36,315 nt of DNA from an uncultured Planctomycetia bacterium (GTDB taxonomy: Bacteria > Omnitrophota > Gorgyraeia > JABMRJ01 > CAYVIU01). The notes below the pieces were generated by a model, which worked only from the letters and a program-made list of their open reading frames with translations, made no database searches and was not told where the DNA came from. A program made the translations under genes and the position numbers. Position 1 is the stretch's first letter. Every line of letters begins with the position of its first letter. The stretch spans positions 1 through 36,315 of the forward strand of contig CAYVIU010000002.1 of the NCBI GenBank assembly GCA_964451625.1, in the 5' to 3' direction. Shown piece after piece: positions 17,418-25,074 of the stretch.

Positions 17418-18508
17418 GAAATATATTACGTGATATAGACAGGCCATTGCTCATCGTGACGCTGGCCATATTTTTGATCGGGCTGGTCTCTATCTACAGC
17501 GCCACTCATGTATACGGCGGCTCGTTTAAAATATCCAATTTTGTCTTTAAGCAGATTATATGGATGCTCCTTTCCCTTGTAATATTTTTTGTTATCCTGA
17601 AGCTGGACTACCAGCGCCTCATAGACTGGGCCCACATAATCTATGCGGCCACCCTCGTCCTTCTCTTTCTCGTACTTATAATAGGCAGGACAAGGTTCGG
17701 CGCGCAGAGATGGTTCAGCATAGGAGGGCTTACACTCCAGCCGTCAGAGTTTGTGAAGATCGCATTCATACTTTCCCTGAGCGCATACCTCGGATACAAG
17801 GCAAGGTATTCGTATCGCATAAAAGACCTGGCCGCACCTTTCCTTATAATGGCCCCGGCATTTCTGATGATATTCATTCAGCCTGACCTGGGCACCGCAC
17901 TCACACTTGTCCCGATACTCCTGGTAATGCTTTTTATAAGGGGTGTAAATCCAAAACACCTCTTAACCATTATAGCCGCAGGTATTTTAAGCATACCCGC
18001 CGCCTGGCCTTTTTTAAAAGAATACCAGCGCGACAGGCTCCTTGTTTTTATAAATCCAAACATTGACCCGCTCGGCGCAGGATACACGGTGATCCAGTCA
18101 AGGATAGCCATAGGCTCAGGCACGTTCTTCGGCAAGGGCTGGCTTGCCGGCACACAGAATCAGCTTAACTTCCTTCCCGAGCGCCATACAGATTTTATAT
18201 TTTCAGTGATAGGGGAGGAGTGGGGGTTCGTAGGAAGCACGATCCTCGTGCTTCTATATGTAATACTTATTTACAGGGGCTTGAGGATAGCCTATAACAC
18301 CACGGATTCTTACGGAAAACTCGCTGCCTGCGGCATAGTTTGCATGCTTGCGTTTCAGATTGTAGTCAATATGGGAATGGCAATGGGGTTCATGCCTGTT
18401 GTGGGGCTGCCCCTGCCTCTTTTAAGCTACGGCGGCTCCTCGCTTCTCATGGTCATGACCTCGATCGCAATACTCCTCAATATCGGCATGCGCCGCACGA
18501 GATTCTAA
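17414..18508 (+). CDS. rodA: Peptidoglycan glycosyltransferase RodA (SEDS family)
   Basis: FtsW/RodA/SpoVE signatures (RFGAQRWF, QPSEFVKI, FLPERHTDFIF, GLPLPLLSYGGSS). ATGA overlap with mrdA. Confidence 0.95.
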   Translation: MRNILRDIDRPLLIVTLAIFLIGLVSIYSATHVYGGSFKISNFVFKQIIWMLLSLVIFFVILKLDYQRLIDWAHIIYAATLVLLFLVLIIGRTRFGAQRWFSIGGLTLQPSEFVKIAFILSLSAYLGYKARYSYRIKDLAAPFLIMAPAFLMIFIQPDLGTALTLVPILLVMLFIRGVNPKHLLTIIAAGILSIPAAWPFLKEYQRDRLLVFINPNIDPLGAGYTVIQSRIAIGSGTFFGKGWLAGTQNQLNFLPERHTDFIFSVIGEEWGFVGSTILVLLYVILIYRGLRIAYNTTDSYGKLAACGIVCMLAFQIVVNMGMAMGFMPVVGLPLPLLSYGGSSLLMVMTSIAILLNIGMRRTRF

Positions 18509-18528
18509 TGACAGGGGTAAAGTGAGAT

Positions 18529-20253
18529 ATGGATAAGGTTGTTTTTGAAAAGATGTTGGGTGAAGTGCAGAAGCCGGGCCGGTATATAGGCAATGAATAT
18601 AATTCCGTAAAAAAGGATTTATCCGGCGTAGACATAAAGTTTGCCCTGTGTTTTCCCGAGATGTATGAAATAGGGATGAGCCATCTCGGCTTCAAGCTTT
18701 TATACCACCTCTTAAACGAAAGAGCGGACATCGCATGTGAAAGGGCATTTGCCCCTGCCCCCGATTTTGAGGAACTTCTCAGAAAAAATAACCTGCCCCT
18801 CTTTTCCCTTGAATCAAAAAGGCCGTTGAAGGATTTTGACATTATCGGTTTTTCGCTTTCCTATGAAATGACATTTACAAATGTCCTGAACATGATGGAC
18901 CTTGCCGGGATCTCTCTTTTTGCAAAAGAACGCGGCGAAGGGGACCCGCTTATAATAGGCGGAGGCGTGGCGGCGTTCAACCCTGAGCCAATCCATGAAT
19001 TTTTTGATTTATTCGTCATAGGAGAATCAGAAGAAGTTATTTTTGAAATTATCGAAGAATACAAAAAGCACAAAAAGAAAACAAAAAAACGGGATTTGCT
19101 AAAGGCCCTCTCAAAAATAAAAGGTGTCTATGTCCCCAGTCTTTATAAAGCAGAGTACAACGCCGATGGGACGCTCGCGTCTTTAAAACCCACAAACAGC
19201 GCCGCCCCCGCCGTTATCGAAAAAAGGATGATAAATGACCTGGATAAATCTTTTTATCCGGAAAAACAGATTATCCCCTACATAAGGGTCGTTCACGACA
19301 GGGCCAGCCTCGAGATCATGCGCGGCTGTCCCAACAAATGCAGGTTCTGCCAGGCATGGGTGATATATCACCACAAAAGGGAACGCTCTCTGCCGAGGAT
19401 AGTTGAGCTCTCCGGAAAGAGCCAGCGTCTTACAGGGTATGATGAAGTTTCTCTGCTCTCTCTTTCGTCGGGCGACCATTCCGAGATAAGCGGCATCATC
19501 GGCCGGCTGGCGGACGAGTTTAAAGCTAAAGGCGTTTGCATATCGCTTCCGTCTCTGAGGATCGAGGAGGCGGTGAGGGAGTTCCCCGAAGTTTTAAAAA
19601 AACTTGGGATTCGCGGCCTGACATTCGCGCCCGAGGCCGGCACGCCCCGCATGAGAAAGATAATAAACAAAAATATTGATATCGCGCACCTTGAAGAGAC
19701 CGCCGGGCAGCTCTATAAATCCGGATGGAGGAGGGTGAAGCTGTATTTTATGATAGGCCTCCCCGGGGAAGGAGAAGAAGACCTCAAGGGCATCGTAAGG
19801 ATTGTCCACAAACTAAAAGGCAACATCACCCTGTCGATCTCATCCTTTATGCCGAAGGCACACACACCTTTCCAGTGGAGGGCCATGGATTCTCCCGATG
19901 AACTTGAAAATAAGTTCCTTTTCATAAGAAATAAGATAAAATCGAGGAGGGTAAAGATAAGCTTCCATGACAAGCGCCTGGGTTCTCTTGAGGCAGTTTT
20001 CTCAAGGGGCGACAGGCGCCTTGCCGGGGTTATATACGAAGCATTCAAAAACGGCGCAAAGTTCGACAGCTGGAGCGAGCACTTTAAATTTGAGGCATGG
20101 CAGGATGCCTTCAAAAAGACACGCACAGACCCCGGCTTTTATATTTACCGGAAAAGGGGCTATGAAGAGATTCTGCCGTGGGCACACATAAAAACGGGCA
20201 TCTCCACCGAATACCTTATTAAGGAATCCAGAGACGCGGACAACAGTATTTGA
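18529..20253 (+). CDS. B12-binding-domain radical SAM protein, TIGR03960-like
   Basis: N-terminal KPGRYIGNEYNSV, a B12-binding-like region, and CPNKCRFCQ (CxxxCxxC) in the radical SAM core. Confidence 0.85.
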   Translation: MDKVVFEKMLGEVQKPGRYIGNEYNSVKKDLSGVDIKFALCFPEMYEIGMSHLGFKLLYHLLNERADIACERAFAPAPDFEELLRKNNLPLFSLESKRPLKDFDIIGFSLSYEMTFTNVLNMMDLAGISLFAKERGEGDPLIIGGGVAAFNPEPIHEFFDLFVIGESEEVIFEIIEEYKKHKKKTKKRDLLKALSKIKGVYVPSLYKAEYNADGTLASLKPTNSAAPAVIEKRMINDLDKSFYPEKQIIPYIRVVHDRASLEIMRGCPNKCRFCQAWVIYHHKRERSLPRIVELSGKSQRLTGYDEVSLLSLSSGDHSEISGIIGRLADEFKAKGVCISLPSLRIEEAVREFPEVLKKLGIRGLTFAPEAGTPRMRKIINKNIDIAHLEETAGQLYKSGWRRVKLYFMIGLPGEGEEDLKGIVRIVHKLKGNITLSISSFMPKAHTPFQWRAMDSPDELENKFLFIRNKIKSRRVKISFHDKRLGSLEAVFSRGDRRLAGVIYEAFKNGAKFDSWSEHFKFEAWQDAFKKTRTDPGFYIYRKRGYEEILPWAHIKTGISTEYLIKESRDADNSI

Positions 20254-20278
20254 CAATGACTTATATATAATGTATACT
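20250..20278 (+). promoter_or_regulatory. Sigma70-type promoter upstream of the diguanylate cyclase gene
   Basis: TTGACA (20250-20255, overlapping the upstream stop), a 17-nt spacer, then TATACT (20273-20278). AGGAGG lies 6 nt before the ATG at 20351. Confidence 0.5.
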
Positions 20279-20350
20279 TTTCTAATGTATAGCATAAAAT
20301 AATAATATATGTATCCTATAAGGCCGGGGTAAAGCGGCAGGAGGCATGAA

Positions 20351-21781
20351 ATGATTAAGAAATTTATGAAAAAGAGGAGTCTGGTGCCCAAGGGCTTAAG
20401 ATATAAACTCATGATAGCATTTTCTTTAATGAGCGTTATACCGCTTTTGATATGCATGTATCTTGTCAGCACCTTCATATTCCCGAATGTGGAAACCATG
20501 GGCCAGGTAAGCATCATAGTCCTTTTTACCATATCGATTGCGTTCCTCGGGCTGGTCCTGGCAAAGCGGCTGGTTGACCCTGTGGTGGATATGGCCATTG
20601 AGGCAAAGATCATAGCCGGCGGCGAATACGATCACACTATAAAGACAGACAAGGAAGACGAAATAGGCGAGCTCGGAAAATCCATAAACACAATAACGAA
20701 AGAAATAAAAGAGTACATGAGTGAGCTCCATTCCTACAGCGTGCGCACAAAAGACATAAATCTCGAGATCCAGAAAAAGATATTAGCGCTCTCGAACCTC
20801 CTCCAGATAGGCGACATGATTGCCGCCTCCGAAGACATTGAAAGTATCCTGAACCTTGTCGTTGACAAAACCGCTGAAATCTCAAAAGACGGCCTGGCCG
20901 CACTTTACCTTTTAAGAGAAGACCATGAGGATACCGATGAGCTGGAGCTTTACGCATTCCATGGCAACGGCAAGAATGATCTCAAATCCATGCGTTTCCG
21001 TCTCGGAAGAGGATATGTCGGCCGCGCCATAGGCGCAAAGATAGGCATAACCATTGATGCCTCCACCAAGATGACAAAAGAGCTCGAAAGCGTTAAACAG
21101 GATTTTCAGGTGGAGAACTGTTTGATCATGCCTGTTGTCGTGCGCAGAAAGGTGATGGGTTTTCTCTTTACGGGAAACAATGAGGAAAAATTCAGGTTTT
21201 TAAAAGATGACCTTGAGCTGACAAAGGTTCTGGCAAAACAGATCGGCATAGCCATAGAAAACGACCTCCTGACAAGAAAGGCCGAACAGCTCGCGTTTAA
21301 AGATGACCTCACAGGGCTCTATAACGAGAGTTTTATAAAGAGCCGCCTTGATGAAGAAATCCACCGGGCGATACTGTGCCAGAGGCCGTGCTCGTTTCTC
21401 CTGTTTAATATCGACAATTTCACGAAATACCGCGATGCCCACGGGGAAATGGCCACTGAAGAGCTGCTCAAAATGGTTGCGCGCATATTAAAGGAAAACG
21501 CCACCGAGCTGGGCAAGGTCTCCCGCCTCGGAGGGGATGAGTTCGCCATAGTACTGCCTGAAAAAAATAAAAAAGAGGCATACGACACTGCAGAGGACAT
21601 ACGGAAAAAAGTACAAAAATTTGCCGAAAAGTCAAAAGAGAAAAATCAGGGCCTCCTAACCGTAAGTGCAGGCGTGAGCGAGAACCCCATCGACGGGGCA
21701 ACCGCGGAGGATTTGTTAAAAAAGGCCGTAGATGCCTTGAAGACTGCAAAAAAAGAAGGTAAAAACAGGGTTATAGCGTAA
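20351..21781 (+). CDS. Membrane-bound HAMP-GAF-GGDEF diguanylate cyclase
   Basis: Two N-terminal TM segments, a HAMP-like DEIGELGKSINTITKEI, a GAF-like middle region, and an intact RLGGDEF active-site motif. No RxxD I-site occurs at the usual position upstream of GGDEF. Confidence 0.9.
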   Translation: MIKKFMKKRSLVPKGLRYKLMIAFSLMSVIPLLICMYLVSTFIFPNVETMGQVSIIVLFTISIAFLGLVLAKRLVDPVVDMAIEAKIIAGGEYDHTIKTDKEDEIGELGKSINTITKEIKEYMSELHSYSVRTKDINLEIQKKILALSNLLQIGDMIAASEDIESILNLVVDKTAEISKDGLAALYLLREDHEDTDELELYAFHGNGKNDLKSMRFRLGRGYVGRAIGAKIGITIDASTKMTKELESVKQDFQVENCLIMPVVVRRKVMGFLFTGNNEEKFRFLKDDLELTKVLAKQIGIAIENDLLTRKAEQLAFKDDLTGLYNESFIKSRLDEEIHRAILCQRPCSFLLFNIDNFTKYRDAHGEMATEELLKMVARILKENATELGKVSRLGGDEFAIVLPEKNKKEAYDTAEDIRKKVQKFAEKSKEKNQGLLTVSAGVSENPIDGATAEDLLKKAVDALKTAKKEGKNRVIA

Positions 21782-21800
21782 GCGAGAAAGGAGTTTTAGA

Positions 21801-22865
21801 ATGAAAACCGATATAAAAACATTATTGAGGCTGGTAATAAAAGAAGGCGCATCCGACCTTCACCTTGCAGCGGGCAAGCCGCCGCAGATACGCGTTGATG
21901 AAAAGATACTCTCCACAAAATACGACAAACTTATGCCGGCCGATACAAAGGAACTGGCCTACAGCATACTGTCCAAAGAGCAGATTGCCAGGTTTGAGCA
22001 AACCAAAGAGCTCGACATGTCATTCGGCCTGGAAGGCCTGAGCCGTTTCCGTGTAAATGTATATTTCCAGCGGGGCTGCATAGGGGTGGCTGTCAGGGCA
22101 ATACCTTTTAAGATAATGAGTTTTACAGAATGCGGCCTGCCCATTGATATAACAACGGACTTTTGCAAAAGGCCCAAAGGCCTGGTGCTTGTAACAGGGG
22201 CCACCGGCAGCGGAAAATCCACCTCACTCGCGTCAATGATAGACACGATAAACAAGGAAAGGGAGTGCCACATAATAACCGTTGAAGACCCGATAGAATT
22301 TGTCCACACGCACAAAAAGGCCATCGTAGAGCAGAGAGAACTGGGTGCGGACACACTTTCATTCGGCAACGCGCTTAAACATGTCCTGAGGCAGGACCCG
22401 GATGTCATATTGATAGGAGAGATGAGAGACCTTGAAACCATAGAGAGCGCGCTTATAATCGCCGAGACAGGCCACCTTGTATTTGCAACCCTTCACACAT
22501 CTGACTGCGTCCAGACGATAAACAGGATCATAGATGTTTTCCCGGCGCACCAGCAGTCCCAGATACGCGTTCAGCTTTCGTTTGTCCTGCTCGGGGTGCT
22601 GTCACAGCAGTTGATTCCAAAGGCAAAAGGAAAGGGGAGGGTGCTGGCAACAGAGGTCATGGTGGCCAATGCCGCTGTCCGCAGCATGATAAGGGAACAA
22701 AAGGCGCACCAGATTTATTCAGTTATCCAGACAGGCCAGAAGGCCGGCATGAAGGCCATGAACCAGGCCCTTCACGAACTTTGCGTAAAGGGTGAGATAA
22801 CGCGTGAAGATGCATTTGCAAGAAGCACTGATCCTGTTGACCTGACAAGATTGTTCGGGCGTTAA
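21801..22865 (+). CDS. pilT: Type IV pilus retraction ATPase PilT
   Basis: Walker A GATGSGKST, DPDVILIGEMRD, ETGHLVFATLHT, and the PilT-specific AVRSMIREQKAHQI. Confidence 0.93.
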   Translation: MKTDIKTLLRLVIKEGASDLHLAAGKPPQIRVDEKILSTKYDKLMPADTKELAYSILSKEQIARFEQTKELDMSFGLEGLSRFRVNVYFQRGCIGVAVRAIPFKIMSFTECGLPIDITTDFCKRPKGLVLVTGATGSGKSTSLASMIDTINKERECHIITVEDPIEFVHTHKKAIVEQRELGADTLSFGNALKHVLRQDPDVILIGEMRDLETIESALIIAETGHLVFATLHTSDCVQTINRIIDVFPAHQQSQIRVQLSFVLLGVLSQQLIPKAKGKGRVLATEVMVANAAVRSMIREQKAHQIYSVIQTGQKAGMKAMNQALHELCVKGEITREDAFARSTDPVDLTRLFGR

Positions 22866-22883
22866 CAATACACAGAGGCAAGA

Positions 22884-23336
22884 ATGAGTCCGATAAGAAG
22901 GATGGTTACAAAACAATTGGGTGAACTCCTCCTGGAGAGGGGCGTTATAAATAAAAAACAGCTTGAAAAATCCCTCCAGATCCAGAAGGAAAAAGGCGGG
23001 CTCCTGGGCCAGGTCATGGTGGGCCTGGGCTATGCCACCGAAGAAGAGATCGCCCAGGTCATAACCATCCAGTACGGTTTTCCATATCTGCCGCTGACCG
23101 GTTATGAAATAGACCCGGAGAGCGTAAAGCTGGTTCCCCGGCAGGTTGCGACCCAATACGGCCTTATTGCCATAGATAAGATCGGAGACACCCTTACTCT
23201 GGCCATGTCAAATCCCCTCAATATCCAGGCCATAGAAGACGTTGAGTTCATAACCAAATGCAAGGTCCAGTCTTTTGTATGCACCCTTTCAGACGTTAAT
23301 ACGGCGATATCAAAATATTACAAAAAAGAAAAATAA
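22884..23336 (+). CDS. Stand-alone T2SSE_N / MshEN-like domain protein (no ATPase domain)
   Basis: The 150-aa product aligns with the N-terminal domains of both downstream PilB paralogs. It contains two 24-residue motifs (QLGELLLERGVINKKQLEKSLQIQ and LLGQVMVGLGYATEEEIAQVITIQ) separated by the 5-residue spacer KEKGG. Confidence 0.8.
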   Translation: MSPIRRMVTKQLGELLLERGVINKKQLEKSLQIQKEKGGLLGQVMVGLGYATEEEIAQVITIQYGFPYLPLTGYEIDPESVKLVPRQVATQYGLIAIDKIGDTLTLAMSNPLNIQAIEDVEFITKCKVQSFVCTLSDVNTAISKYYKKEK

Positions 23337-23342
23337 ACCGAT

Positions 23343-25073
23343 ATGGCTCAAGCCCTTTCAAGAGAAAAACTAAACAAGGAACTTATTAAAAAGGGCGTTG
23401 TCTCAAAAGAAAACCTGGAGAAGGCCCTTTCCATCCAGAAGCAAAAAGGCGGCAAGCTGAGCGATATCCTCGTGGAGAACGCCTTCGTCGACAGAAAGAC
23501 GCTCATGTCTTTTCTGAGCCTGGAGCTGGGTATTCCCCCGATAGACCTGTCCAGGTACAAGATAGACCAGAAGATCCTGGAACTTATCCCTAAAAAGATA
23601 GCCCGCCATTATCAGATCGTCCCCATATCAAAAATAGGAAACCTCCTTACAATTGCAATGGCGGACCCGCTGAACATATTTGCGACAGATGACATAAAAA
23701 CATTGACCGGTCTCAAGCTCGGCGTGGTTATCTCCACCGACAAGGATATAAAAGATGCGCTTGACCAGTATTACGGTGAAAAGGCCCACCAGGTTATTGA
23801 AAAAATCATAGAGGGCATCGAAGAGGAAAAAAATATCCATATGGTAGAAGGGGGATCCGCCGAACAAATGGATTCCCTGAGCCTCATAAAGCTCACACAG
23901 GAAGCGCCGATAGTTAAAATCACAAACCTGCTTTTAAGCGAGGCCGTAAAATTAAAGGCCAGCGATATCCTCATAGAGCCGATGGAAACAGAGCTCAGGG
24001 TCCGCTACCGGGTGGACGGCATTCTCCAGGAAGGCCGCAGCCCCGCAAAAAGCATGCAGCAGGCCATAGTATCGCGTATTAAGGTAATGAGCCTGTTGAA
24101 CATCGCAGAGCGCAGGCTTCCGCAGGACGGAAGGTTCAAGATAAAAATAGATGAGCGGGAGGTGGATTTCAGGGTATCGGTTCTCCCGTCAAGCTTCGGG
24201 GAAAAGGTGGCCTTGAGAATCCTTGATAAGAGCCAGGCCACACTTGATGTGAAAAAACTCGGGTTTGAAGACGCACCCCTTTTAGAACTCAAAAAGGCCT
24301 CCGGCTATCCCCACGGCATGATACTTGTCTGCGGCCCCACCGGCTGCGGCAAAACCACAACGCTCTATTCAATTCTTAAAGACATAGACACCCCCGAAAA
24401 AAACATAGTTACCGTGGAAGACCCGGTGGAATACCAGCTCAAGGGAATAAATCAGGTTACAATCCATCCTGACATAGGCCTTACATTCGCCAGCTCATTA
24501 AGGTCTATTTTAAGACAGGACCCCGATATAATAATGGTCGGCGAGATAAGGGATTTTGATACAGCAGACATTGCCATCAAGGCAGCGCTCACAGGCCATC
24601 TGGTACTCTCCACCCTCCACACAACGACTGCGTGCGGGTCTATAACCAGGCTTGTAAACATGGGCGTGGAGCCGTTTTTGATGGCGTCATCCGTAATTTT
24701 AGTCGCGGCCCAGCGCCTCGTAAGAAAGCTCTGCCCGAAGTGCAAAGAAAAATATAAACTCCCCGAAGGTGAAAAAAAAGAACTAGGGCTTTCGGAAATA
24801 AAAGAATCCGTATTTTACAGGGCAGCCGGATGTAAATCCTGCATTGACACGGGTTATAAAGGAAGGATAGGCCTCACAGAAACGCTTTTTCTCTCACCCA
24901 TGGTAAGGGAGCTCATTGCAACAAAGGCGGGAGAGGCCCGGATAAAAATTCAGGCGAGGAAAGACGGCATGAAATCCTTGAGAGAAAACGGTATACAGAA
25001 GGCCGTCTCCGGGATCACATCGCTTGAAGAAGTATTAAGGGTGACGGTCGGAGACCAGGAAGTAGGCGTATAA
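23343..25073 (+). CDS. pilB: Type IV pilus assembly ATPase, PilB/GspE family, paralog 1
   Basis: T2SSE_N domain, Walker A GPTGCGKTT, DPDIIMVGEIRD, TGHLVLSTLHT, and tetracysteine CPKC...CKSC. Confidence 0.9.
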   Translation: MAQALSREKLNKELIKKGVVSKENLEKALSIQKQKGGKLSDILVENAFVDRKTLMSFLSLELGIPPIDLSRYKIDQKILELIPKKIARHYQIVPISKIGNLLTIAMADPLNIFATDDIKTLTGLKLGVVISTDKDIKDALDQYYGEKAHQVIEKIIEGIEEEKNIHMVEGGSAEQMDSLSLIKLTQEAPIVKITNLLLSEAVKLKASDILIEPMETELRVRYRVDGILQEGRSPAKSMQQAIVSRIKVMSLLNIAERRLPQDGRFKIKIDEREVDFRVSVLPSSFGEKVALRILDKSQATLDVKKLGFEDAPLLELKKASGYPHGMILVCGPTGCGKTTTLYSILKDIDTPEKNIVTVEDPVEYQLKGINQVTIHPDIGLTFASSLRSILRQDPDIIMVGEIRDFDTADIAIKAALTGHLVLSTLHTTTACGSITRLVNMGVEPFLMASSVILVAAQRLVRKLCPKCKEKYKLPEGEKKELGLSEIKESVFYRAAGCKSCIDTGYKGRIGLTETLFLSPMVRELIATKAGEARIKIQARKDGMKSLRENGIQKAVSGITSLEEVLRVTVGDQEVGV

Positions 25074-25074
25074 T

